From NCBI GenBank assembly GCA_027013105.1, contig JALUYG010000235.1:1-51421 (forward strand): a stretch of DNA of 51,421 nt, given 5' to 3'. Below the pieces are notes generated by a model. That model was not told where the DNA came from. It saw only the letters and a program-made list of their open reading frames with translations, and made no database searches. This document shows positions 19,488 through 29,112 of this stretch, piece by piece (the stretch's first letter is position 1; each line of letters opens with the position of its first letter). The stretch is from Mariprofundus sp. GTDB lineage: Bacteria; Pseudomonadota; Zetaproteobacteria; Mariprofundales; Mariprofundaceae. A program made the position numbers and the translations under genes.

Positions 19488-19607
19488 TCAAGGCCTCCCT
19501 GAAAGCGTGGGCGTATATTAAGCAGAGGCGGCGGCCATAAACAGTGACAACTTGCACAAAAATGGCGCGACGGAAATTGATGGTCGGTAAAGCTCGCTGT
19601 TTCTTAA

Positions 19608-20201
19608 TTAAAGATCGCGCAGCATCTGCTCGTATTCTGACAGAGAACGTTCAAATGCAGGACGCTCAAACAGACGATCCATGTACGCTTCGAGGTTGCA
19701 CCAGTCCGCCGTATCGACGCCGATTGAGTCCAGGCGCCAAAGAATCGGCATCAATGTGACATCAGCCAGCGTATACTGCTCGCCGATAAAATACTCCTGC
19801 CGGCCCAGATAGCCATCGAGCGAGGCGAGGTATGTCTTGATTTTGCCAACCGCCTCTTTCTTTTTGCGGCTGTTCTGGGTGTCTGCATAGAGCGGATAGA
19901 GTTCGCGCTCCAGTTGCAACACGGCCAGACGCATCTGGGCGCGTTCAGCCGGCGAGCCGGGCTTTAGCGGCGGGTGCGGATAACGCTCATCCAGATATTC
20001 GTTCACCACTGAAGATTCAAAAAAGACAATATCCCGATCAATCACGGTCGGCAGCTTGCCATACGGATTAATTTTGAGAAAACTGGCCGGCAGATTGGCC
20101 GACTCGAGTTCGGTTGTTTCAACCGGTAACTCCTTTTCTGCCAATACGATGCGCGTACGGTGGGATGTCGGACAATGCGGATCGGAATATAGTTTAACCA
20201 T
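19608..20201 (-). CDS. sspA: Stringent starvation protein A (GST fold)
   Basis: SHRTRIVLAEK, INPYGKLPT, NEYLDERYPHPPL, PILWRL. Start trimmed to ATG 20201 (GGAGG). Confidence 0.85.
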   Translation of the reverse strand: MVKLYSDPHCPTSHRTRIVLAEKELPVETTELESANLPASFLKINPYGKLPTVIDRDIVFFESSVVNEYLDERYPHPPLKPGSPAERAQMRLAVLQLERELYPLYADTQNSRKKKEAVGKIKTYLASLDGYLGRQEYFIGEQYTLADVTLMPILWRLDSIGVDTADWCNLEAYMDRLFERPAFERSLSEYEQMLRDL

Positions 20202-20362
20202 CTGAGCCTCCAGGGACATGGCAGACATGGCGTCTGTCAAAACGGTGGCGCAGTGTAGCGGCATCGCCGAAAAAATAAAGCGCCGTCCATCTTTTACGCC
20301 ACGCTTGCGACAACCAGGCGACGCTTTTATGCTCGGCTTGTTTATATCATCCGGGAGCAATT

Positions 20363-21412
20363 ATGGAAATTTCGGAACTGCTGGCATTTACAGTTAAAAA
20401 CAAGGCGTCGGATCTGCATCTCTCATCCGGAGAGCCGCCCATGATTCGCATTAATGGCGATATGACCCGAATTAAAATGCCCGATATCGACAGGCGCGAG
20501 GTGCAGGGCATGGTCTATGACATCATGAGCGACGCCCAGCGCAAAAACTTTGAAGAGCACATGGAGATCGACTTCTCCTTTTCGCTCGGCGAAATCGCCC
20601 GTTTTCGCGTCAATGTCTTTGAACAGCGGCGCGGCATGGCTGCGGTATTTCGCGTCATCCCCAACGAAGTGCTGACGCTGGATCAATTAAACTGCCCGCA
20701 GATTTTTCGCGATATCGCCATGACCCCGCGCGGCATCTGCCTGGTGACCGGGCCGACCGGCTCGGGCAAATCCACAACGCTGGCGGCCATGATGGATCAC
20801 CGCAACGAGAACGAGCGCGGCCATATTCTCACCATTGAAGACCCGATTGAATTCGTGCACCGATCCAAACAGTCGCTTATTTCCCAGCGTGAGCTGGGGC
20901 CGCACACCCACTCCTTCGCCAACGCGCTGCGCAGCGCCCTGCGTGAAGATCCCGATGTGATTCTTGTCGGCGAATTGCGCGATCTTGAAACCATCCGGCT
21001 GGCCCTGACTGCGGCCGAAACCGGCCATATGGTGTTCGGCACCCTGCACACCTCCTCTGCACCCAAGACCATTGATCGCATTATTGATGTCTTTCCGGCG
21101 GCGGAAAAGGAGATGGTGCGCGCCATGCTGTCCGAATCGATCTGCGCCATCATTTCTCAAGCGCTGGTCAAAACGGCGGATGAACAGGGCCGTGTGGCGG
21201 CGCATGAGATCATGCTGGGCTCGCCGGCCATCCGTAATCTGATTCGCGAGAACAAGATCGCGCAGATGGTTTCGGTGATGCAGACCTCAGCCAGAGATGG
21301 CATGCAGACGCTCGATTCCCACCTGTTGCAACTGGTGAAGTCGCGTAAAATCACCGCTCAGGCCGCCATGGAGAAAGCCGGCAACAAAAAACTCTTCGGC
21401 GGCATAGCATGA
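20363..21412 (+). CDS. pilT: Type IV pilus retraction ATPase PilT
   Basis: GPTGSGKS, LREDPDVILVGE, TLHT, AIRNLIRE motif. Confidence 0.96.
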   Translation: MEISELLAFTVKNKASDLHLSSGEPPMIRINGDMTRIKMPDIDRREVQGMVYDIMSDAQRKNFEEHMEIDFSFSLGEIARFRVNVFEQRRGMAAVFRVIPNEVLTLDQLNCPQIFRDIAMTPRGICLVTGPTGSGKSTTLAAMMDHRNENERGHILTIEDPIEFVHRSKQSLISQRELGPHTHSFANALRSALREDPDVILVGELRDLETIRLALTAAETGHMVFGTLHTSSAPKTIDRIIDVFPAAEKEMVRAMLSESICAIISQALVKTADEQGRVAAHEIMLGSPAIRNLIRENKIAQMVSVMQTSARDGMQTLDSHLLQLVKSRKITAQAAMEKAGNKKLFGGIA

Positions 21413-22566
21413 AAAAGCAGGCTTCGCAAAACTTATCCATCAAACAGCTGCTGATGGTAATGAACAAGCAGGATGCATCGGATCTCTATATCACCGCCGG
21501 CATGCCGCCCTCCTATCGCATCAACGGCAATGTCTATCCGCTCAAACAGCCGCCGTTGAGCGCTTCTCAGTGCGAAAAGCTGGCCTTTTCGACCATGAGC
21601 GAGCGCCAGCGCGCCACCTTCGCCGCCGAGTATGAGATGAATCTGGCCATATCCTACGACGATATCGGTCGTTTTCGCGTCAATATTTTCCGCCAGCGCG
21701 GCCACATCGGCATGGTGATTCGCAAGGTCAATCTGGAGATCCCCACCATCGATGATCTCGGCCTGCCGGAGATATTCAGGGATATCGCCATGCAGAGCCG
21801 CGGCCTGGTGCTGATGGTCGGCGCCACCGGCTGCGGCAAGTCCACCTCGCTGGCCGCCATGATCGACTGGCGCAACAGCAATCAGGCCGGTCATATTATC
21901 TCGATTGAAGATCCCATTGAGTTTGTCCACCAGCACAAAAAATCCGTCATCACCCAGCGCGAGGTCGGCACCGATACGCTGGAGTATCAGGCGGCTCTGA
22001 AAAACACGCTGCGGCAGGCTCCCGATGTGATTCTGATTGGCGAAATTCGCGATCGCGAAACCATGGAGCACGCGCTGGAATTTTCCGAAACCGGCCATTT
22101 GTGCCTGGCCACGTTGCACGCCAACAACGCCAATCAGGCGCTGGAACGCATCATCAACTTCTTCCCTGAAGAGATGCACCTGCAGGTCGGCCTGAACCTG
22201 GCTTTGAACCTGAAGGCCGTGCTGTCGCAGCGGCTGGTCAAAACGCCGGACGACAAACGTCTGCCGGCCATTGAAATTCTCATCAACACGCCGCGTATTT
22301 CCGATCTGATCGGTAAATGGGATATTGCTGAAATCAAGGAGGCGATGGCGGCGGGCAAAGCCTACGGCATGCAGACCTTCGATCAGTCCCTGCTCGGCTT
22401 GTGGATGGATGGACTGATCACCGAAGATGAGGCGCTGCGGCAGGCTGATTCGGTCAACAACCTGCGCCTGCAGATCAAGATGGTGAATCTCAAGGACAGC
22501 GGCGGCGATGTGGACGATCTGCAGCAACTTTCCGGCAATCTGGACGCCCAGGATCTGCACATATAA
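21409..22566 (+). CDS. pilU: Type IV pilus retraction ATPase PilU
   Basis: GATGCGKS, TQREVG.DT, LRQAPDVILIGEIRD, TLHANNANQ. Confidence 0.93.
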   Translation: MKKQASQNLSIKQLLMVMNKQDASDLYITAGMPPSYRINGNVYPLKQPPLSASQCEKLAFSTMSERQRATFAAEYEMNLAISYDDIGRFRVNIFRQRGHIGMVIRKVNLEIPTIDDLGLPEIFRDIAMQSRGLVLMVGATGCGKSTSLAAMIDWRNSNQAGHIISIEDPIEFVHQHKKSVITQREVGTDTLEYQAALKNTLRQAPDVILIGEIRDRETMEHALEFSETGHLCLATLHANNANQALERIINFFPEEMHLQVGLNLALNLKAVLSQRLVKTPDDKRLPAIEILINTPRISDLIGKWDIAEIKEAMAAGKAYGMQTFDQSLLGLWMDGLITEDEALRQADSVNNLRLQIKMVNLKDSGGDVDDLQQLSGNLDAQDLHI

Positions 22567-23657
22567 TGCAGTCCGGCGCATTTATCGATGAGCTGTTGCG
22601 TCTGGCCCATAAAGGCGGCGCATCGGATCTGATCGTACGCACCTCCGACCGGGTGCGCATGCGCATTGGCGGCCATATCGTCACCGTGCCGGAAGAGAAG
22701 GTGGCGATGCCCGAGCGCAGTGCAACCAAAGCCATGATCACGCATCTGACCCGCCACCTGCCCGCCGCGCCGGATGTGGAATCGGTCAACCATCTCGATT
22801 TTCACTACAGTCTGGGTGGCGTCTGTCATTTTCGCGTGCATGTGCTGCGCAGCAACAACTGTTTCGGCATTGTCGCACGCCTGATTCCGCAGCGTATTCC
22901 CGGCTTTGAACAGCTGCGTCTGCCGCCGGTATTCAATGAGATCAGCCATTATCGCAATGGCATGATCCTCATGGCCGGCGCCACCGGTTCCGGCAAAAGC
23001 ACCTCGCTGGCCGCACTGCTCAGCCATATCATTGCGCAGCGCCCTGTGCATGCCGTCACTCTGGAAGATCCAATTGAGTTCCGCTACAGCACCCGCCATC
23101 GCGGCACTGTCACCCAGCGTGAAATCGGCACCGATGTCGTCAGCTTTAAACAGGGGCTGATCGATGCCATGCGCGAATCGCCGGATATTATTGTCACCGG
23201 TGAACTGCGCGGCAGAGATGAGGTGCAACTGGCGCTGGAAGCGGCCGAGACCGGCCACCTCGTCATCGCCACCGTGCATGCCACCACGGCCACCGGCGTC
23301 ATGCAGCGCATCATGGCCGCCTTCGGCAAGGATCAGCAGGCCGGCATCCGCGAGCGACTGGCCGAAAACCTACGTGCGATCATTGTTCAGAAATTGCTGC
23401 CGATGAAATCAGCCAAACAGCGCATCGTAGCGTTGGAAATCATGATCAAAAACTCAGTCGTCAAACACTTCATACTCGATCCCGGCCACTGGAGCGAGAT
23501 ACCCCGCGCCATGGAGGAAGGTCACAACCTCTATGGTTCCCAAAGCTTCGATCAGCACCTGCAACAACTGGTCGAGTCTGATCTTGTCAGCTATGAAGAA
23601 GCGTTGGCCAATGCCGTATTCCGCGAAGATTTCGCCCTGCGCATGGGAAAAGAATAG
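22566..23657 (+). CDS. Third PilT/PilU-family ATPase (divergent)
   Basis: GATGSGKS, EDPIE, MRESPDIIVTGELR, ETGHL..TVH; lacks AIRNLIRE. Confidence 0.88.
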   Translation: MQSGAFIDELLRLAHKGGASDLIVRTSDRVRMRIGGHIVTVPEEKVAMPERSATKAMITHLTRHLPAAPDVESVNHLDFHYSLGGVCHFRVHVLRSNNCFGIVARLIPQRIPGFEQLRLPPVFNEISHYRNGMILMAGATGSGKSTSLAALLSHIIAQRPVHAVTLEDPIEFRYSTRHRGTVTQREIGTDVVSFKQGLIDAMRESPDIIVTGELRGRDEVQLALEAAETGHLVIATVHATTATGVMQRIMAAFGKDQQAGIRERLAENLRAIIVQKLLPMKSAKQRIVALEIMIKNSVVKHFILDPGHWSEIPRAMEEGHNLYGSQSFDQHLQQLVESDLVSYEEALANAVFREDFALRMGKE

Positions 23658-23759
23658 AACAGTTCCATTTTTATACAGGTTCACTAGCATTCGCCGCAGG
23701 ATGCATCACGCGCCTGAGCGAACGCCTGCTGCGAATGCGTGATGGATGGTAAAAAACAT

Positions 23760-23836
23760 GCACCCTTAGCTCAGCTGGATAGAGCGTCGGCCTCCGAAGC
23801 CGAAGGCCAGTGGTTCGAATCCACTAGGGTGCGCCA
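23760..23836 (+). tRNA. tRNA-Arg (anticodon CCG)
   Basis: Cloverleaf: acceptor GCACCCT/AGGGTGC, D-arm GCTC/GAGC, anticodon arm TCGGC-CTCCGAA-GCCGA, T-loop TTCGAAT, encoded CCA. Confidence 0.97.
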
Positions 23837-23847
23837 TTTCCTACACC

Positions 23848-24588
23848 TTAACCCTGCAGAAATTCAATAGCATGTTGCGCCGCTAGAGGCAGTGGCATGG
23901 CGTGGGCCAGGTTGGCGCTGATGGCCGAGGCCAGGCGACAGCCGGTGCCGTGGCGCTGCTCGATATCCCATTGTTGGCGAGGATGCGAAAATTCATGCAG
24001 CTCGCCTCCCCGCTCGCACAGTCGGTCGATCAATAACGGGCCGTCGCCATGACCGCCTTTGAGCAGCATGGCGCAATCGATGCGGTCAACCGCGTCAATC
24101 AAGGCGGCGTCTGCAATAGCGCCGCGCAATCCGAACAGCATATCGGCCTCATCCAGATTGGGGGTCACCAGTGTCGCCAGCGGCAGCAAGGCCTTTGTCA
24201 GCGTTCCGATCGCACCTTGATCGAGCAGCGCAGCGCCGCTGCTGGAGATCACAACCGGATCGACCACCAGCGTCCCGTGATGCAGTTGCGACAGCAGTGC
24301 AGAGACCAGCGCAATATGCTCTGCATCCACCAGCATGCCGGTTTTGACCACGGCCACATCGTAGTAATCGAATACAGCGTGAATCTCTGCATCCAGTTGC
24401 GCCAGTGACACCGGCTCAATGCGCAATACCGCTTCGGGATGCTGCGCCGTCAGCGCCGTAGTGGCGGAGCAGCCGCGCACCTGTAGCGCTTCAAACACGC
24501 GCAGGTCGGCCTGAATCCCCGCCCCGCCGCTACAGTCGGAACCGCCGATGCTCAGCACGACAGGATGTGCAGAAACTGCGCCGTTCAT
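23848..24588 (-). CDS. thiD: Hydroxymethylpyrimidine/phosphomethylpyrimidine kinase
   Basis: IGGSDCSGGAGIQAD, VKTGML, TPNLDEA, LKGGH, HGTGC; ATGA overlap with thiE. Confidence 0.93.
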   Translation of the reverse strand: MNGAVSAHPVVLSIGGSDCSGGAGIQADLRVFEALQVRGCSATTALTAQHPEAVLRIEPVSLAQLDAEIHAVFDYYDVAVVKTGMLVDAEHIALVSALLSQLHHGTLVVDPVVISSSGAALLDQGAIGTLTKALLPLATLVTPNLDEADMLFGLRGAIADAALIDAVDRIDCAMLLKGGHGDGPLLIDRLCERGGELHEFSHPRQQWDIEQRHGTGCRLASAISANLAHAMPLPLAAQHAIEFLQG

Positions 24589-25235
24589 GTTCTGTTCCAC
24601 AGTTCAATCAGCTGTTCGGCCCGCAACTGAATATCAGCAGCGGCGAACAGCCCTGAAATGACGGCGGCGCAATCCGCTCCGGCGATTTTGACCTGTGCGA
24701 TATTGTCGACAGTAATGCCGCCAATGGCGCAGATAATGGCGGCCGGAAACAGCTGCCGCGCCTTGGCCAGCCGCTGCACGCCGATGGCCGGCACTTCAGG
24801 CTTGGAACGCGTCGGCCACAGCGCCCCGAAGGAGACATAATCGGCCCCGTCCTGCAGCACCGATTTGGCAAAAGCGGCATCGGCCCGGCAGGTGATGCCG
24901 ACCAGAAACTCGTCGCCGACCTGCTGGCGCAACTGGATCAGATTCGGCGCATCATCACGGCCCAGATGCACGCCATCGGCTTCAACATCGCACGCCAGCC
25001 TGACCGAATCGTTGATCATCAGACGGGCATCGTATTGCCTCGTCAACAGCCGCAATGCCCTGCCCCGCTTGAGCTGGCGCTTATAACCCTGTTTCTTATC
25101 GCGAAACTGCAGCAGTCGCACGCCGCCTTTTAACGCCGCTTCAGCCCTGCCGAGCAGATCGTCTGTCTCCAGATCGGCCGGCAGAATGGCGTAAATGCCC
25201 TGCAAACGCCCTGTTTTGGCCAACGCATCCGCCAT
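24585..25235 (-). CDS. thiE: Thiamine-phosphate synthase
   Basis: QFRDK, IND, DGVHLG, TRSKP, AIGGI. Confidence 0.93.
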   Translation of the reverse strand: MADALAKTGRLQGIYAILPADLETDDLLGRAEAALKGGVRLLQFRDKKQGYKRQLKRGRALRLLTRQYDARLMINDSVRLACDVEADGVHLGRDDAPNLIQLRQQVGDEFLVGITCRADAAFAKSVLQDGADYVSFGALWPTRSKPEVPAIGVQRLAKARQLFPAAIICAIGGITVDNIAQVKIAGADCAAVISGLFAAADIQLRAEQLIELWNRT

Positions 25236-25891
25236 CAGATCAGCTTCAGCAGATCGGTGAATTCCGGCAGCAAAACGACCCGGTCGGCAAACTCCGGCGG
25301 CACCTCCTGATAACCGTGCTCGGCGAATGCGACCGTATGGCAGCCCGCATTAAACCCGGCCTCCACGTCAAAGCGTGTATCGCCAACCATCACCGTTTCG
25401 GAAGGCTCAACCCCCATGGCCTTGCAACATTGCCACAACATATCCGGCGCAGGCTTCTTGGCGAAGCCATCTTCGGGCGACAGCGCCAGCGTCAGATACG
25501 GCGTCAGCCCCAGCGCATCAAGCACCTTGACGCGCGCCGTGGCCGGTTTGGCGGTGACGCAAGAGCAGGGAATTTCTTTCGCCCTGAGGGTGTCGAGCAC
25601 GGTGATCACGCCGGGGAACGGCCTGCCGAAATCGGCAGGATGCTGCGTATAAATATCGGCAAAGGCGTGGTAAAGCGCCAGGGTCTCTTCGTGTTCCATC
25701 GGCAGCCCTAGCACATTGGCCGCCAGTTTATGCGCACCGCCGCCGACATGCGGCTTTGTCTCCCCCAGCGACAACTGCAGATCGTAACCCAATGATGCCA
25801 GCGCCCGATTGGCATTGGCCTGAATATCGGGCAATGCATCCACCAGCGTGCCATCGAGATCGAAAATAAATGCTTTTGGTTTACTCATCAT
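25235..25891 (-). CDS. HAD hydrolase, phosphoglycolate-phosphatase-like
   Basis: FDLDGTLVD, KKPAP, MVGDTRFD. Confidence 0.88.
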   Translation of the reverse strand: MMSKPKAFIFDLDGTLVDALPDIQANANRALASLGYDLQLSLGETKPHVGGGAHKLAANVLGLPMEHEETLALYHAFADIYTQHPADFGRPFPGVITVLDTLRAKEIPCSCVTAKPATARVKVLDALGLTPYLTLALSPEDGFAKKPAPDMLWQCCKAMGVEPSETVMVGDTRFDVEAGFNAGCHTVAFAEHGYQEVPPEFADRVVLLPEFTDLLKLI

Positions 25892-27122
25892 TAATCCTTA
25901 TAAGTTCAATAGATAGTGTAATTTCTTCAAGTACATCTTTATCTTTTTCTTCGGTCTGGCGAGCATGCAACCGCAAACGAATTTCATCTGATCGCCCAAG
26001 CCTTGCCAGACGTCCCAGCGCCCATGCCGCATGGCCGCGAATCAACGGCTCACCGTCCTGCAACGCCGGCAGCAGTTCATCCACAAAGGCCGACTGCTGC
26101 GAATTGCCCATCGCAATACAGACATTGCGCAACAGGCCGCGCCGCTTCGTCCGCCGAATCGGCGATTTGCGAAAACGCTGCCGGAAACCCTCTTCGTCCA
26201 GTCGCAGCAGACTAGCAAGATCGGGCAGGCGATTCTCCTTTTTGGGATTAAGGAGATCAGGATTGGGGAGATCGGGACTGGGGGGATCGATGTGGGGTGC
26301 AGCAGTTCTATCGTCAGCATGAACGGTGCGCCGCTTTTGCATTCGCAGCCCTGCGTCGGTTGCATGACTGTTCCACGGACAGATCAGCTGACAATCATCG
26401 CAGCCGTAGATGCGGTTGCCCATCAGCGGCCGCAAATGGCGTGGAATAAAACCGTCAAACTCGATAGTCAGATAGGAGATGCAGCGTCGCGCATCCACCA
26501 CATAGGGCGCGACAATGGCGCCGGTCGGACAGATATCGATACAGGCCGAGCAGCTGCCGCAGTGATTTTTCGCCGGCTCATCGACCTCCAGCGCCGCCGT
26601 GGTAAAAATCTCGCCCAGCAGAAACCATGAACCCAGTTTGCGATCGATGGTCAGTGAATGTTTGCCCTGCCAGCCCAGCCCGGCTCGCTCGGCCAGCGCA
26701 TGCTCCAGCACCGGCGCCGTATCGACATAGACGCGCTGATCGTGTTTTCCAAGCAGAGAATCGAGTTCGACGGCCAGCGCCTTGAGCCGTTTTTTCATCA
26801 CTTCATGATAATCATCACCGTGCGCATAGGCCGTGATCACGCCGCAATCATCGGCCGCATTTGCCTCATCCAACCCATAACCCGGCGCGCTATAGGGCAG
26901 CGCCACAGTGACCACCGAACGTACGTTCGCCAACATCGATTGCGGCTCTATCCGGCGCTGCATCCGCCCCTCTTCCGCCATCCAGCGCATCTGACCATGC
27001 ATACCCGCCGCTGTCCACTGCAGCAGCGCCTCGGCGTGTTTCTGCTCCAACTTCGGCCGCGTCACCCGGCAAGCGACAAAACCCAGCGCCTCGGCTCTGG
27101 CGCGAATCTCCGATTTTACCAT
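25881..27122 (-). CDS. queG: Epoxyqueuosine reductase
   Basis: YAHGDDYH, VDTAPVLE, CGSCSACIDICPT, RCISYLTIE, YGCDDCQLICPWN, C-terminal HEAT repeat. Confidence 0.94.
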   Translation of the reverse strand: MVKSEIRARAEALGFVACRVTRPKLEQKHAEALLQWTAAGMHGQMRWMAEEGRMQRRIEPQSMLANVRSVVTVALPYSAPGYGLDEANAADDCGVITAYAHGDDYHEVMKKRLKALAVELDSLLGKHDQRVYVDTAPVLEHALAERAGLGWQGKHSLTIDRKLGSWFLLGEIFTTAALEVDEPAKNHCGSCSACIDICPTGAIVAPYVVDARRCISYLTIEFDGFIPRHLRPLMGNRIYGCDDCQLICPWNSHATDAGLRMQKRRTVHADDRTAAPHIDPPSPDLPNPDLLNPKKENRLPDLASLLRLDEEGFRQRFRKSPIRRTKRRGLLRNVCIAMGNSQQSAFVDELLPALQDGEPLIRGHAAWALGRLARLGRSDEIRLRLHARQTEEKDKDVLEEITLSIELIRINDE

Positions 27123-27233
27123 GAGCAAACACTGACATATTCCCCCGCCTCTGACACTGCTCCCATCCTGCCCCCCATCCTAAGTTGCCGGATGTGGTTG
27201 CAAATTCGACGGATTTCACACAATCTGGCCGTC

Positions 27234-28190
27234 ATGAAGATGCCTGACACAGCTACTGCGGAACACCCCGTATCAGAGCAGCGCCGAACATGGGTTATCA
27301 GCGCCGGATCGGGGCTGGGGCGTCGCCATGGTAGCAATTCAGAGCAACTCATCCGCAAATTTTTCCCCGCCGATCAAGTGATTCGCACGCGCGATCGCCG
27401 CCACCTGACAGGCTGGAGCCCCGGTCTGCCCGATCACGGCGTTGTCATTGTCGCCGGCGGCGACGGCGCCTGGCGGGAAGCGCTGCAGGGGGCGCCCGAA
27501 CAGGTTATTCCCGGACTGCTACCCGTCGGCACAGTGAGCCAGGCTGCGATTGAGCTGAATACTGCCGCCTCGCCGCAAGCATGGCGCCAGTGGCGCTGTG
27601 AACAGGTTCAACTCGGCCAAATCAGAAGTTGTCTCCATGCAAGCGGCGAGCGCACGAAAAAGAGGGATGCCGCCGCCCATGCAGATCATAGCCGAAGCGC
27701 TTTTTTTCTCATGGCAGGCATCGGCGTGGAGTCCGACGCCGTGCAGATAGTTCGCCCCGGATTAAAGCGGTGGATTGGCAAATGGGCTTATGTCTGGGCG
27801 CTGCTGGAGCGGCTGATGCGGCCGGTGCGCCGCAGCCTCGTTGTTGATCTGGATGGCCGGCGCTTCCGCACTTCACAGGTGCTGATACAAAACGGCGCGC
27901 ATTATGGCGGCCGTTATCGGGTCGCCGATACCGATATACGGCAACCGAATTACCGCATTCTGATTTGGAAATATCCGGGCCGCTTCATGTGGTGCCTGAC
28001 GATGATGTGCCTGATGTTCAGGCTCCCTTCCGGCTGGCTGGCGCACAAATTGCCGGGCGTGGAGGCGCACATCAGAAGCAGCCGCAAACAGCAGTGCCAG
28101 ATCGACGGCGATATTGGGCCTGCGTTGCCGCTCTATGTGATGCCGACAACATCGCGCAAGGTCGCCATCGCCGATACGGCGCAGAGATAA
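27234..28190 (+). CDS. Diacylglycerol/lipid kinase family protein (divergent)
   Basis: VAGGDG, LPVGT, MAGIG, YGG, QIDGD. Start trimmed from 26658. Confidence 0.8.
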   Translation: MKMPDTATAEHPVSEQRRTWVISAGSGLGRRHGSNSEQLIRKFFPADQVIRTRDRRHLTGWSPGLPDHGVVIVAGGDGAWREALQGAPEQVIPGLLPVGTVSQAAIELNTAASPQAWRQWRCEQVQLGQIRSCLHASGERTKKRDAAAHADHSRSAFFLMAGIGVESDAVQIVRPGLKRWIGKWAYVWALLERLMRPVRRSLVVDLDGRRFRTSQVLIQNGAHYGGRYRVADTDIRQPNYRILIWKYPGRFMWCLTMMCLMFRLPSGWLAHKLPGVEAHIRSSRKQQCQIDGDIGPALPLYVMPTTSRKVAIADTAQR

Positions 28191-28308
28191 AAAGTTCGGC
28201 CGATAAAAACCACAATTCCACAGTTTTTGTTTTTCCCGCGCACGCTGCTAGCCTGCACAGCGATCGGGACAGCGCCCGATAAATCAGTTAAAAAGAGGAT
28301 ATATTGAC

Positions 28309-28482
28309 ATGAACGTTGATCAGCATTTAAAAGTCGCCCAGTGGCATATCGAGCAGGCTCGTCTGCACGCCACCACCCAGCACACTTGCGGCTGTCCGGT
28401 AAACGAGCACTACCAGCGAATCATTGATGAAGTCGAAGCCGGCAAAATCGAAGAAGAGCTGGCCTGCTCCACCGAACAGTAA
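28309..28482 (+). CDS. Small 57-aa His/Cys-containing protein (not in ORF track)
   Basis: RBS AAGAGGA; MNVDQHLKVAQWHIEQARLHATTQHTCGCPVNEHYQRIIDEVEAGKIEEELACSTEQ; followed by a terminator. Confidence 0.7.
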   Translation: MNVDQHLKVAQWHIEQARLHATTQHTCGCPVNEHYQRIIDEVEAGKIEEELACSTEQ

Positions 28483-28500
28483 ACTCGAAACAGCCGTAGC

Positions 28501-28539
28501 AAACACAAAAGCCGTCCGCAGGGGCGGCTTTTTTGTTTG
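28501..28539. terminator. Bidirectional rho-independent terminator
   Basis: AAACACAAAAGCCGTCC-GCAG-GGGCGGCTTTTTTGTTT between convergent genes. Confidence 0.85.
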
Positions 28540-28617
28540 CGGAATAAACAGGCGCGCTGCATGAAAATGCATGCTTGAACCGAACTGGTGCAGAGCAATC
28601 ACGCCTATATGATCTCT

Positions 28618-29085
28618 TTATTGATAATACGGCCTTTCAGGATAATAGATGCCCGATGAGTAAGTTTGACCATTTTGCTCAAAAGAGGCCGTGATCCAGT
28701 GCCGCCCCTTATCATGGCTAAGATTATATCGCGCCATATACCACTCACCCATCTGCATCATCGGCCCGCTCTCTTCCACACTGCCATCCGGATGCTTCAC
28801 TGTTGAAAACAGCTGCAGATGGGTCTGCGGCTTGCCATCTTTTTCGATGCTAACCATCAGATGATAATTGGTTCGGCTATACCCTTCACCCTCAGGCGCG
28901 GGCATAATATGAAATATAAAAACGTAGCCATCTCTGATCCCCTCACTGGCAACAAAAAAATCTTTCTTGTGGTTCATGGTATGATTGCCGGCGGAGCTGC
29001 TCTGAGTTTCCGGGTTGTTCATATTCGACCATACGGAGCAGCCCGAAAGCAACAGCAAAGCTATCAACGCCATATATTTCTTCAT
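28618..29085 (-). CDS. Lipoprotein, paralog of 47819-48289 (possibly YtkA/FixH-like fold)
   Basis: LSGC lipobox; DGY..FHIM, V.HP.G and MG.WYMA.Y.L.H motifs shared with the paralog. Confidence 0.75.
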   Translation of the reverse strand: MKKYMALIALLLLSGCSVWSNMNNPETQSSSAGNHTMNHKKDFFVASEGIRDGYVFIFHIMPAPEGEGYSRTNYHLMVSIEKDGKPQTHLQLFSTVKHPDGSVEESGPMMQMGEWYMARYNLSHDKGRHWITASFEQNGQTYSSGIYYPERPYYQ

Positions 29086-29112
29086 TCGCAACCACCTTCT
29101 TTCCCAGAGAAT

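Noticed and set aside
21433-23279. Minus-strand ORFs of 382 and 298 aa
   Set aside because: Shadows of pilU and the pilT-like gene.
23760-23850. tRNA as an island integration site
   Set aside because: Flanked by housekeeping genes; no integrase and no duplicated tRNA 3' end noticed in the window.
26658-27233. 510-aa version of the lipid kinase ORF
   Set aside because: The 5' part overlaps queG antisense; kinase motifs begin only after about 27234.
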